From Eledone cirrhosa (lineage: Eukaryota): a DNA stretch of 64,000 bases. The DNA is taken from positions 243,784,001-243,848,000 of the forward strand of contig OZ024741.1 in assembly GCA_964016885.1 (NCBI GenBank), written 5' to 3'. The position numbers and the translations under genes were made by a program. The notes under the pieces are model-generated. The model did no database searches. It was not told the DNA's origin and worked only from the letters and a program-made list of their open reading frames with translations. Of the stretch, positions 23,840 through 38,400 are shown in pieces (within the stretch, counting starts at the first letter, position 1; every line of letters begins with the position of its first letter).

Positions 23840-26800
23840 TTTTCTTGAAAATCACACCACACACAGCCAATGAGTGTCTGCACATGTACCAGTAATTACA
23901 GATCGATCCGACCACGGGCGGCCGGCCCACGATCGAAAAGGTAACTCCGCCGGCAAATTCGCATTTTTGTGATTCGTTTCTTCGAAGCACACCATTAGCC
24001 GCCGGACTTCAGCTTCCTCATTTAGCATGGGCAGCTTTTCTTGAAAATCACACCACACACAGCAAATGTGTGTCTGCACATGTACCAGTACGTACAGATC
24101 GATCCGACCACGGGCGGCAGGCCCACATTCGAAAAGGTTACTCCGCCTGCAAATCGTCATTTTCGGATTCGTTTTCTTCGAAGCACACCATTCGCCGGCG
24201 GACTTCAGCTGCCTCATTTAGCATGGGCAGCTTTTCTTGAAAATCACACCTCACACAGCAAATGTGTCTCTGCACATGTACTAGTAATTACAGATCGATC
24301 CGACCACGGGCAACCGGCCCACGATCGAAAAGGTAACTCCGGCGGCAAATTCGCATTTTTGTGATTCGTTTCTTCGAAGCACACCATTCGCCGCCGGACT
24401 TCAGCTTCCTCATTTAGCATGGGCAGCTTTTCTTGAAAATCACACCACACACAGCAAATGTGTGTCTGCACATGTACCAGTAATTACAGATCGATCCGAC
24501 CACGGGCGGCCTGCCCACGATCGAAAAGGTAACTCCGCCGGCAAATTCGCATTTTTGTGATTCGTTTCTTCGAAGCACACCATTCGCTGGTGGACTTCAG
24601 CTTCCTCATTTAGCATGGGCAGCTTTTCTTGAAAATCACACCACTCACAGACTATGAGTGTCTGCACATGTACCACTAATTACAGATCGATACGACCACG
24701 GGCGGCCTGCCCACGATCGAAAAGGTAACTCCGCCGGCAAATCCGCATTTTTGTGATTCGTTTCTTCGAAGCACACCATTCGCCGCCGGACTTCAGCTTC
24801 CTCATTTAGCATGGGCAGCTTTTCTTAAAAATCACACCACACTCAGCAAATGTGTGTCTGCACATGTACCAGTAATTACAGATCGATCCGACCACGGGCG
24901 GCCTGCCCACGATCGAAAAGGTAACTCCGCCGGCAAATTCGCATTTTTGCGATTCGTTTCTTCGAAGCACACCATTCGCTGGTGGACTTCAGCTTCCTCA
25001 TTTAACATGGGCAGCTTTTCTTGAAAATCACACCACACTCAGCAAATGTGTGTCTGCACATGTACCAGTAATTACAGATCGATCCGCCCACGGGCGGCCG
25101 GCCCACGATCGAAAATGTAACTCCGCCGGCAAATTCGCATTTTTGTGATTCATTTCTTCGAAGCACACCATTCGCTGGTGGACTTCAGCTTCCTCATTTA
25201 GCATGGGCAGCTTTTCTTGAAAATCACACCACACACAGCAAATGTGTGTCTACACAGGTACCAGTAATTACAGATCGATCCGACCACGGACGGCTGGCCC
25301 AGGATCGAAAAGGTAACTCCGCCGGCAAATTCGCATTTTTGTGATTCGTTTCTTCGAAGCACACCATTCGCCGCCGGACTTCAGCTTCCTCATTTAGCAT
25401 GGGCAGCTTTTCTTGAAAATCACACCACTCACAGCAAATGTGTGTCTGCACATGTACCAGTAATTACAGATCGATCCGACAACGGGCGGCCGGCCCACGA
25501 TCGAAAAGGTAACTCCGCCGCCAAAGTCGCATTTTTGTGATTCGTTTCTTCGAAGCACACTATTCGCTGGTGGACTTCAGCTTCCTCATTTAGCATGGGC
25601 AGCTTTTCTTGAAAATCACACCACACATAGCAAATGTGTGTCTGCACAGGTACCAGTAATTACAGATCGATCCGACCACGAACGGCTGGCCCACGATCGA
25701 AAAGGTAACTCCGCCGGCAAATCCTAATTTTTGTGATTCGTTTCTTCGAAGCACACCATTCGCCGCCGGACTTCAGCTGCCTCATTTAGCATGGGCAGCT
25801 TTTCTTGAAAATCACACCACTCACAGACTATGAGTGTCTGCACATGTACCACTAATTACAGATCGATACGACCACGGGCGGCCTGCCCACGATCGAAAAG
25901 GTAACTCCGCCGGCAAATCCGCATTTTTGTGATTCGTTTCTTCGAAGCACACCATTCGCCGCCGGACTTCAGCTTCCTCATTTAGCATGGGCAGCTTTTC
26001 TTAAAAATCACACCACACTCAGCAAATGTGTGTCTGCACATGTGCCAGTAATTACAGATCGATCCGACCACGGGCGGCCTGCCCACGATCGAAAAGGTAA
26101 CTCCGCCGGCAAATTCGCATTTTTGTGATTCGTTTCTTCGAAGCACACCATTCGCTGGTGGACTTCAGCTTCCTCATTTAACATGGGCAGCCTTTCTTGA
26201 AAATCACACCACACTTAGCAAATGTGTGTCTGCACATGTACCAGTAATTACAGATCGATCCGCCCACGGGCGGCCGGCCCACGATCGAAAATGTAACTCC
26301 GCCGGCAAATTCGCATTTTTGTGATTCATTTCTTCGAAGCACACCATTCGCTGGTGGACTTCAGCTTCCTCATTTAGCATGGGCAGCTTTTCTTGAAAAT
26401 CACACCACACACAGCAAATGTGTGTCTACACAGGTACCAGTAATTACAGATCGATCCGACCACGGACGGCTGGCCCAGGATCGAAAAGGTAACTCCGGCG
26501 GCAAATTCGCATTTTTGTGATTCGTTTCTTCGAAGCACACCATTCGCTGGTGGACTTCAGCTTCCTCATTTAGCATGGGCAGCTTTTCTTGAAAATCACA
26601 CCACACACAGCCAATGAGTGTCTGCACATGTACCAGTAATTACAGATCGATCCGACCACGGGCGGCCGGCCCACGATCGAAAAGGTAACTCCGCCGGCAA
26701 ATTCGCATTTTTGTGATTCGTTTCTTCGAAGCACACCATTAGCCGCCGGACTTCAGCTTCCTCATTTAGCATGGGCAGCTTTTCTTGAAAATCACACCAC

Positions 26801-27587
26801 ACACAGCAAATGTGTGTCTGCACATGTACCAGTACGTACAGATCGATCCGACCACGGGCGGCAGGCCCACATTCGAAAAGGTTACTCCGCCTGCAAATCG
26901 TCATTTTCGGATTCGTTTTCTTCGAAGCACACCATTCGCCGGCGGACTTCAGCTGCCTCATTTAGCATGGGCAGCTTTTCTTGAAAATCACACCTCACAC
27001 AGCAAATGTGTCTCTGCACATGTACTAGTAATTACAGATCGATCCGACCACGGGCAACCGGCCCACGATCGAAAAGGTAACTCCGGCGGCAAATTCGCAT
27101 TTTTGTGATTCGTTTCTTCGAAGCACACCATTCGCCGCCGGACTTCAGCTTCCTCATTTAGCATGGGCAGCTTTTCTTGAAAATCACACCACACTCAGCA
27201 AATGTGTGTCTGCACATGTACCAGTAATTACAGATCGATCCGACCACGGGCGGCCTGCCCACGATCGAAAAGGTAACTCCGCCGGCAAATTCGCATTTTT
27301 GTGATTCGTTTCTTCGAAGCACACCATTCGCTGGTGGACTTCAGCTTCCTCATTTAGCATGGGCAGCTTTTCTTGAAAATCACACCACTCACAGACTATG
27401 AGTGTCTGCACATGTACCACTAATTACAGATCGATACGACCACGGGCGGCCTGCCCACGATCGAAAAGGTAACTCCGCCGGCAAATCCGCATTTTTGTGA
27501 TTCGTTTCTTCGAAGCACACCATTCGCCGCCGGACTTCAGCTTCCTCATTTAGCATGGGCAGCTTTTCTTAAAAATCACACCACACT

Positions 27588-30500
27588 CAGCAAATGTGTG
27601 TCTGCACATGTACCAGTAATTACAGATCGATCCGACCACGGGCGGCCTGCCCACGATCGAAAAGGTAACTCCGCCGGCAAATTCGCATTTTTGCGATTCG
27701 TTTCTTCGAAGCACACCATTCGCTGGTGGACTTCAGCTTCCTCATTTAACATGGGCAGCTTTTCTTGAAAATCACACCACACTCAGCAAATGTGTGTCTG
27801 CACATGTACCAGTAATTACAGATCGATCCGCCCACGGGCGGCCGGCCCACGATCGAAAATGTAACTCCGCCGGCAAATTCGCATTTTTGTGATTCATTTC
27901 TTCGAAGCACACCATTCGCTGGTGGACTTCAGCTTCCTCATTTAGCATGGGCAGCTTTTCTTGAAAATCACACCACACACAGCAAATGTGTGTCTACACA
28001 GGTACCAGTAATTACAGATCGATCCGACCACGGACGGCTGGCCCAGGATCGAAAAGGTAACTCCGCCGGCAAATTCGCATTTTTGTGATTCGTTTCTTCG
28101 AAGCACACCATTCGCCGCCGGACTTCAGCTTCCTCATTTAGCATGGGCAGCTTTTCTTGAAAATCACACCACTCACAGCAAATGTGTGTCTGCACATGTA
28201 CCAGTAATTACAGATCGATCCGACAACGGGCGGCCGGCCCACGATCGAAAAGGTAACTCCGCCGCCAAAGTCGCATTTTTGTGATTCGTTTCTTCGAAGC
28301 ACACTATTCGCTGGTGGACTTCAGCTTCCTCATTTAGCATGGGCAGCTTTTCTTGAAAATCACACCACACACAGCAAATGTGTGTCTGCACATTTACCAG
28401 TAATTACAGATCGATCCGACCACGGGCGGCCGGCCCACGATCGAAAAGGTAACTCCGCCGGCAAATTCGCATTTTTGTGATTCGTTTCTTCGAAGCACAC
28501 CATTCGCCGCCGGACTTCAGCTTCCTCATTTAGCATGGGCAGCTTTTCTTGAAAATCACACCACACACAGCAAATGTGTGTCTGCACAGGTACCAGTAAT
28601 TACAGATCGATCCGACCACGAACGGCTGGCCCACGATCGAAAAGGTAACTCCGCCGGCAAATCCTAATTTTTGTGATTCGTTTCTTCGAAGCACACCATT
28701 CGCCGCCGGACTTCAGCTGCCTCATTTAGCATGGGCAGCTTTTCTTGAAAATCACACCACTCACAGACTATGAGTGTCTGCACATGTACCACTAATTACA
28801 GATCGATACGACCACGGGCGGCCTGCCCACGATCGAAAAGGTAACTCCGCCGGCAAATCCGCATTTTTGTGATTCGTTTCTTCGAAGCACACCATTCGCC
28901 GCCGGACTTCAGCTTCCTCATTTAGCATGGGCAGCTTTTCTTAAAAATCACACCACACTCAGCAAATGTGTGTCTGCACATGTGCCAGTAATTACAGATC
29001 GATCCGACCACGGGCGGCCTGCCCACGATCGAAAAGGTAACTCCGCCGGCAAATTCGCATTTTTGTGATTCGTTTCTTCGAAGCACACCATTCGCTGGTG
29101 GACTTCAGCTTCCTCATTTAACATGGGCAGCCTTTCTTGAAAATCACACCACACTTAGCAAATGTGTGTCTGCACATGTACCAGTAATTACAGATCGATC
29201 CGCCCACGGGCGGCCGGCCCACGATCGAAAATGTAACTCCGCCGGCAAATTCGCATTTTTGTGATTCATTTCTTCGAAGCACACCATTCGCTGGTGGACT
29301 TCAGCTTCCTCATTTAGCATGGGCAGCTTTTCTTGAAAATCACACCACACACAGCAAATGTGTGTCTACACAGGTACCAGTAATTACAGATCGATCCGAC
29401 CACGGACGGCTGGCCCAGGATCGAAAAGGTAACTCCGGCGGCAAATTCGCATTTTTGTGATTCGTTTCTTCGAAGCACACCATTAGCCGCCGGACTTCAG
29501 CTTCCTCATTTAGCATGGGCAGCTTTTCTTGAAAATCACACCACACACAGCAAATGTGTGTCTGCACATGTACCAGTACGTACAGATCGATCCGACCACG
29601 GGCGGCAGGCCCACATTCGAAAAGGTTACTCCGCCTGCAAATCGTCATTTTCGGATTCGTTTTCTTCGAAGCACACCATTCGCCGGCGGACTTCAGCTGC
29701 CTCATTTAGCATGGGCAGCTTTTCTTGAAAATCACACCTCACACAGCAAATGTGTCTCTGCACATGTACTAGTAATTACAGATCGATCCGACCACGGGCA
29801 ACCGGCCCACGATCGAAAAGGTAACTCCGGCGGCAAATTCGCATTTTTGTGATTCGTTTCTTCGAAGCACACCATTCGCCGCCGGACTTCAGCTTCCTCA
29901 TTTAGCATGGGCAGCTTTTCTTGAAAATCACACCACACTCAGCAAATGTGTGTCTGCACATGTACCAGTAATTACAGATCGATCCGACCACGGGCGGCCT
30001 GCCCACGATCGAAAAGGTAACTCCGCCGGCAAATTCGCATTTTTGTGATTCGTTTCTTCGAAGCACACCATTCGCTGGTGGACTTCAGCTTCCTCATTTA
30101 GCATGGGCAGCTTTTCTTGAAAATCACACCACTCACAGACTATGAGTGTCTGCACATGTACCACTAATTACAGATCGATACGACCACGGGCGGCCTGCCC
30201 ACGATCGAAAAGGTAACTCCGCCGGCAAATCCGCATTTTTGTGATTCGTTTCTTCGAAGCACACCATTCGCCGCCGGACTTCAGCTTCCTCATTTAGCAT
30301 GGGCAGCTTTTCTTAAAAATCACACCACACTCAGCAAATGTGTGTCTGCACATGTACCAGTAATTACAGATCGATCCGACCACGGGCGGCCTGCCCACGA
30401 TCGAAAAGGTAACTCCGCCGGCAAATTCGCATTTTTGTGATTCGTTTCTTCGAAGCACACCATTCGCTGGTGGACTTCAGCTTCCTCATTTAACATGGGC

Positions 30501-33500
30501 AGCTTTTCTTGAAAATCACACCACACTTAGCAAATGTGTGTCTGCACATGTACCAGTAATTACAGATCGATCCGCCCACGGGCGGCCGGCCCACGATCGA
30601 AAATGTAACTCCGCCGGCAAATTCGCATTTTTGTGATTCATTTCTTCGAAGCACACCATTCGCTGGTGGACTTCAGCTTCCTCATTTAGCATGGGCAGCT
30701 TTTCTTGAAAATCACACCACACACAGCCAATGAGTGTCTGCACATGTACCAGTAATTACAGATCGATCCGACCACGGGCGGCCGGCCCACGATCGAAAAG
30801 GTAACTCCGCCGGCAAATTCGCATTTTTGTGATTCGTTTCTTCGAAGCACACCATTAGCCGCCGGACTTCAGCTTCCTCATTTAGCATGGGCAGCTTTTC
30901 TTGAAAATCACACCACACACAGCAAATGTGTGTCTGCACATGTACCAGTACGTACAGATCGATCCGACCACGGGCGGCAGGCCCACATTCGAAAAGGTTA
31001 CTCCGCCTGCAAATCGTCATTTTCGGATTCGTTTTCTTCGAAGCACACCATTCGCCGGCGGACTTCAGCTGCCTCATTTAGCATGGGCAGCTTTTCTTGA
31101 AAATCACACCTCACACAGCAAATGTGTCTCTGCACATGTACTAGTAATTACAGATCGATCCGACCACGGGCAACCGGCCCACGATCGAAAAGGTAACTCC
31201 GGCGGCAAATTCGCATTTTTGTGATTCGTTTCTTCGAAGCACACCATTCGCCGCCGGACTTCAGCTTCCTCATTTAGCATGGGCAGCTTTTCTTGAAAAT
31301 CACACCACACTCAGCAAATCTGTGTCTGCACATGTACCAGTAATTACAGATCGATCCGACCACGGGCGGCCTGCCCACGATCGAAAAGGTAACCCCGCCG
31401 GCAAATTCGCATTTTTGCGATTCGTTTCTTCGAAGCACACCATTCGCTGGTGGACTTCAGCTTCCTCATTTAACATGGGCAGCTTTTCTTGAAAATCACA
31501 CCTCACACAGCAAATGTGTGTCTGCACATGTACCAGTAATTACAGATCGATCCGACCACGGGCGGCCTGCCCACGATCGAAAAGGTAACTCCGCCGGCAA
31601 ATTCGCATTTTTGCGATTCGTTTCTTCGAAGCACACCATTCGCTGGTGGACTTCAGCTTCCTCATTTAACATGGGCAGCTTTTCTTGAAAATCACACCAC
31701 ACTCAGCAAATGTGTGTCTGCACATGTACCAGTAATTACAGATCGATCCGCCCACGGGCGGCCGGCCCACGATCGAAAATGTAACTCCGCCGGCAAATTC
31801 GCATTTTTGTGATTCATTTCTTCGAAGCACACCATTCGCTGGTGGACTTCAGCTTCCTCATTTAGCATGGGCAGCTTTTCTTGAAAATCACACCACACAC
31901 AGCAAATGTGTGTCTACACAGGTACCAGTAATTACAGATCGATCCGACCACGGACGGCTGGCCCAGGATCGAAAAGGTAACTCCGCCGGCAAATTCGCAT
32001 TTTTGTGATTCGTTTCTTCGAAGCACACCATTCGCCGCCGGACTTCAGCTTCCTCATTTAGCATGGGCAGCTTTTCTTGAAAATCACACCACTCACAGCA
32101 AATGTGTGTCTGCACATGTACCAGTAATTACAGATCGATCCGACAACGGGCGGCCGGCCCACGATCGAAAAGGTAACTCCGCCGCCAAAGTCGCATTTTT
32201 GTGATTCGTTTCTTCGAAGCACACTATTCGCTGGTGGACTTCAGCTTCCTCATTTAGCATGGGCAGCTTTTCTTGAAAATCACACCACACACAGCAAATG
32301 TGTGTCTGCACATTTACCAGTAATTACAGATCGATCCGACCACGGGCGGCCGGCCCACGATCGAAAAGGTAACTCCGCCGGCAAATTCGCATTTTTGTGA
32401 TTCGTTTCTTCGAAGCACACCATTCGCCGCCGGACTTCAGCTTCCTCATTTAGCATGGGCAGCTTTTCTTGAAAATCACACCACACACAGCAAATGTGTG
32501 TCTGCACAGGTACCAGTAATTACAGATCGATCCGACCACGAACGGCTGGCCCACGATCGAAAAGGTAACTCCGCCGGCAAATCCTAATTTTTGTGATTCG
32601 TTTCTTCGAAGCACACCATTCGCCGCCGGACTTCAGCTGCCTCATTTAGCATGGGCAGCTTTTCTTGAAAATCACACCACTCACAGACTATGAGTGTCTG
32701 CACATGTACCACTAATTACAGATCGATACGACCACGGGCGGCCTGCCCACGATCGAAAAGGTAACTCCGCCGGCAAATCCGCATTTTTGTGATTCGTTTC
32801 TTCGAAGCACACCATTCGCCGCCGGACTTCAGCTTCCTCATTTAGCATGGGCAGCTTTTCTTAAAAATCACACCACACTCAGCAAATGTGTGTCTGCACA
32901 TGTGCCAGTAATTACAGATCGATCCGACCACGGGCGGCCTGCCCACGATCGAAAAGGTAACTCCGCCGGCAAATTCGCATTTTTGTGATTCGTTTCTTCG
33001 AAGCACACCATTCGCTGGTGGACTTCAGCTTCCTCATTTAACATGGGCAGCCTTTCTTGAAAATCACACCACACTTAGCAAATGTGTGTCTGCACATGTA
33101 CCAGTAATTACAGATCGATCCGCCCACGGGCGGCCGGCCCACGATCGAAAATGTAACTCCGCCGGCAAATTCGCATTTTTGTGATTCATTTCTTCGAAGC
33201 ACACCATTCGCTGGTGGACTTCAGCTTCCTCATTTAGCATGGGCAGCTTTTCTTGAAAATCACACCACACACAGCAAATGTGTGTCTACACAGGTACCAG
33301 TAATTACAGATCGATCCGACCACGGACGGCTGGCCCAGGATCGAAAAGGTAACTCCGGCGGCAAATTCGCATTTTTGTGATTCGTTTCTTCGAAGCACAC
33401 CATTAGCCGCCGGACTTCAGCTTCCTCATTTAGCATGGGCAGCTTTTCTTGAAAATCACACCACACACAGCAAATGTGTGTCTGCACATGTACCAGTACG

Positions 33501-35427
33501 TACAGATCGATCCGACCACGGGCGGCAGGCCCACATTCGAAAAGGTTACTCCGCCTGCAAATCGTCATTTTCGGATTCGTTTTCTTCGAAGCACACCATT
33601 CGCCGGCGGACTTCAGCTGCCTCATTTAGCATGGGCAGCTTTTCTTGAAAATCACACCTCACACAGCAAATGTGTCTCTGCACATGTACTAGTAATTACA
33701 GATCGATCCGACCACGGGCAACCGGCCCACGATCGAAAAGGTAACTCCGGCGGCAAATTCGCATTTTTGTGATTCGTTTCTTCGAAGCACACCATTCGCC
33801 GCCGGACTTCAGCTTCCTCATTTAGCATGGGCAGCTTTTCTTGAAAATCACACCACACTCAGCAAATGTGTGTCTGCACATGTACCAGTAATTACAGATC
33901 GATCCGACCACGGGCGGCCTGCCCACGATCGAAAAGGTAACTCCGCCGGCAAATTCGCATTTTTGTGATTCGTTTCTTCGAAGCACACCATTCGCTGGTG
34001 GACTTCAGCTTCCTCATTTAGCATGGGCAGCTTTTCTTGAAAATCACACCACTCACAGACTATGAGTGTCTGCACATGTACCACTAATTACAGATCGATA
34101 CGACCACGGGCGGCCTGCCCACGATCGAAAAGGTAACTCCGCCGGCAAATCCGCATTTTTGTGATTCGTTTCTTCGAAGCACACCATTCGCCGCCGGACT
34201 TCAGCTTCCTCATTTAGCATGGGCAGCTTTTCTTAAAAATCACACCACACTCAGCAAATGTGTGTCTGCACATGTACCAGTAATTACAGATCGATCCGAC
34301 CACGGGCGGCCTGCCCACGATCGAAAAGGTAACTCCGCCGGCAAATTCGCATTTTTGTGATTCGTTTCTTCGAAGCACACCATTCGCTGGTGGACTTCAG
34401 CTTCCTCATTTAACATGGGCAGCTTTTCTTGAAAATCACACCACACTTAGCAAATGTGTGTCTGCACATGTACCAGTAATTACAGATCGATCCGCCCACG
34501 GGCGGCCGGCCCACGATCGAAAATGTAACTCCGCCGGCAAATTCGCATTTTTGTGATTCATTTCTTCGAAGCACACCATTCGCTGGTGGACTTCAGCTTC
34601 CTCATTTAGCATGGGCAGCTTTTCTTGAAAATCACACCACACACAGCCAATGAGTGTCTGCACATGTACCAGTAATTACAGATCGATCCGACCACGGGCG
34701 GCCGGCCCACGATCGAAAAGGTAACTCCGCCGGCAAATTCGCATTTTTGTGATTCGTTTCTTCGAAGCACACCATTAGCCGCCGGACTTCAGCTTCCTCA
34801 TTTAGCATGGGCAGCTTTTCTTGAAAATCACACCACACACAGCAAATGTGTGTCTGCACATGTACCAGTACGTACAGATCGATCCGACCACGGGCGGCAG
34901 GCCCACATTCGAAAAGGTTACTCCGCCTGCAAATCGTCATTTTCGGATTCGTTTTCTTCGAAGCACACCATTCGCCGGCGGACTTCAGCTGCCTCATTTA
35001 GCATGGGCAGCTTTTCTTGAAAATCACACCTCACACAGCAAATGTGTCTCTGCACATGTACTAGTAATTACAGATCGATCCGACCACGGGCAACCGGCCC
35101 ACGATCGAAAAGGTAACTCCGGCGGCAAATTCGCATTTTTGTGATTCGTTTCTTCGAAGCACACCATTCGCCGCCGGACTTCAGCTTCCTCATTTAGCAT
35201 GGGCAGCTTTTCTTGAAAATCACACCACACTCAGCAAATCTGTGTCTGCACATGTACCAGTAATTACAGATCGATCCGACCACGGGCGGCCTGCCCACGA
35301 TCGAAAAGGTAACCCCGCCGGCAAATTCGCATTTTTGCGATTCGTTTCTTCGAAGCACACCATTCGCTGGTGGACTTCAGCTTCCTCATTTAACATGGGC
35401 AGCTTTTCTTGAAAATCACACCTCACA
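27588..35427. repeat. Tandem duplication of a 20-monomer block (3920 bp)
   Basis: Monomer types match at offset 3920 (27772/31692, 28173/32093, 29529/33449, 30901/34821, 31300/35220). Chimeric junction monomer at about 31508-31519. Confidence 0.9.
29524..30895. repeat. 7-mer HOR variant D-E-A-B-C-F-W (lacks G); also at 33444-34815 and 43441-44812
   Basis: D-to-D spacing is 1372 three times with the same type order. Confidence 0.85.
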
Positions 35428-38400
35428 CAGCAAATGTGTCTCTGCACATGTACCAGTAATTACAGATCGATCCGCCCATGGGCGGCCGGCCCACGATCGA
35501 AAATGTAACTCCGCCGGCAAATTCGCATTTTTGTGATTCGTTTCTTCGAAGCACACCATTTGCTGGTGGACTTCAGCTTCCTCATTTAGCGTGGGCAGCT
35601 TTTCTTGAAAATCACACCACTCACAGACAATGAGTCTCTGCACATGTACCACTAATTACAGATCGATACGACCACGGGCGGCCTGCCCACCATCGAAAAG
35701 GTAACTCCGCCGGCAAATCCGCATTTTTGTGATTCGTTTCTTCGAAGCACACCATTCGCCGCCGGACTTCAGCTTCCTCATTTAGCATGGGCAGCTTTTC
35801 TTGAAAATCACACCACTCACAGCCAATGAGTTTCTGCACAGGTTCCACTAATTACAGATCGATACGACCAGGGGCGGCCTGCCCACGATCGAAAAGGTAA
35901 CTCCAGCGGCAAATTCGCATTTTTGTGATTCATTTCTTCGAAGCACACCATTCGCTGGTGGACTTCAGCTTCCTCATTTAGCATGGGCAGCTTTTCTTGA
36001 AAATCACACCACACACAGCAAATGTGTGTCTACACAGGTACCAGTAATTACAGATCGATCCGACCACCGCCGGCTGGCCCAGGATCGAAAAGGTAACTCC
36101 GGCGGCAAATTCGCATTTTTGTGATTCATTTCTTCGAAGCACACCATTCGCTGGTGGACTTCAGCTTCCTCATTTAGCATGGGCAGCTTTTCTTGAAAAT
36201 CACACCACACACAGCCAATGAGTGTCTGCATATGTACCAGTAATTACAGATCGATCCGACCACGGGCGGCCGGCCCACGATCGAAAAGGTAACTCCGCCG
36301 GCAAATTCGCATTTTTGTGATTCGTTTCTTCGAAGCACACCATTCGCCGCCGGACTTCAGCTTCCTCATTTAGCATGGGCAGCTTTTCTTGAAAATCACA
36401 CCACACACAGCAAATGTGTGTCTGCACATGTACCAGTAATTACAGATCGATCCGACCACGGGCGGCCTGCCCACGATCGAAAAGGTAACTCCGCCGGCAA
36501 ATTCGCATTTTTGTGATTCGTTTCTTCGAAGCACACCATTCGCTGGTGGACTTCAGCTTCCTCATTTAGCATGGGCAGCTTTTCTTGAAAATCACACCAC
36601 TCACAGACTATGAGTGTCTGCACATGTACCACTAATTACAGATCGATACGACCACGGGCGGCCTGCCCACGATCGAAAAGGTAACTCCGCCGGCAAATCC
36701 GCATTTTTGTGATTCGTTTCTTCGAAGCACACCATTCGCCGCCGGACTTCAGCTTCCTCATTTAGCATGGGCAGCTTTTCTTAAAAATCACACCACACTC
36801 AGCAAATGTGTGTCTGCACATGTACCAGTAATTACAGATCGATCCGACCACGGGCGGCCTGCCCACGATCGAAAAGGTAACTCCGCCGGCAAATTCGCAT
36901 TTTTGTGATTCGTTTCTTCGAAGCACACCATTCGCTGGTGGACTTCAGCTTCCTCATTTAACATGGGCAGCTTTTCTTGAAAATCACACCACACTTAGCA
37001 AATGTGTGTCTGCACATGTACCAGTAATTACAGATCGATCCGCCCACGGGCGGCCGGCCCACGATCGAAAATGTAACTCCGCCGGCAAATTCGCATTTTT
37101 GTGATTCATTTCTTCGAAGCACACCATTCGCTGGTGGACTTCAGCTTCCTCATTTAGCATGGGCAGCTTTTCTTGAAAATCACACCACACACAGCCAATG
37201 AGTGTCTGCACATGTACCAGTAATTACAGATCGATCCGACCACGGGCGGCCGGCCCACGATCGAAAAGGTAACTCCGCCGGCAAATTCGCATTTTTGTGA
37301 TTCGTTTCTTCGAAGCACACCATTAGCCGCCGGACTTCAGCTTCCTCATTTAGCATGGGCAGCTTTTCTTGAAAATCACACCACACACAGCAAATGTGTG
37401 TCTGCACATGTACCAGTACGTACAGATCGATCCGACCACGGGCGGCAGGCCCACATTCGAAAAGGTTACTCCGCCTGCAAATCGTCATTTTCGGATTCGT
37501 TTTCTTCGAAGCACACCATTCGCCGGCGGACTTCAGCTGCCTCATTTAGCATGGGCAGCTTTTCTTGAAAATCACACCTCACACAGCAAATGTGTCTCTG
37601 CACATGTACTAGTAATTACAGATCGATCCGACCACGGGCAACCGGCCCACGATCGAAAAGGTAACTCCGGCGGCAAATTCGCATTTTTGTGATTCGTTTC
37701 TTCGAAGCACACCATTCGCCGCCGGACTTCAGCTTCCTCATTTAGCATGGGCAGCTTTTCTTGAAAATCACACCACACTCAGCAAATCTGTGTCTGCACA
37801 TGTACCAGTAATTACAGATCGATCCGACCACGGGCGGCCTGCCCACGATCGAAAAGGTAACCCCGCCGGCAAATTCGCATTTTTGCGATTCGTTTCTTCG
37901 AAGCACACCATTCGCTGGTGGACTTCAGCTTCCTCATTTAACATGGGCAGCTTTTCTTGAAAATCACACCACACTCAGCAAATGTGTGTCTGCACATGTA
38001 CCAGTAATTACAGATCGATCCGCCCACGGGCGGCCGGCCCACGATCGAAAATGTAACTCCGCCGGCAAATTCGCATTTTTGTGATTCGTTTCTTCGAAGC
38101 ACACCATTCGCTGGTGGACTTCAGCTTCCTCATTTAGCGTGGGCAGCTTTTCTTAAAAATCACACCACACTCAGCAAATGTGTGTCTGCACATGTAGCAG
38201 TAATTACAGATCGATCCGCCCACGGGCGGCCGGCCCACGATCGAAAAAGGTAACTCCGCCGGCAAATTCGCATTTTTGTGATTCGTTTCTTCGAAGCACA
38301 CCATTCGCTGGTGGACTTCAGCTTCCTCATTTAGCATGGGCAGCTTTTCTTGAAAATCACACCACTCACAGACTATGAGTCTCTGCACATGTACCACTAA

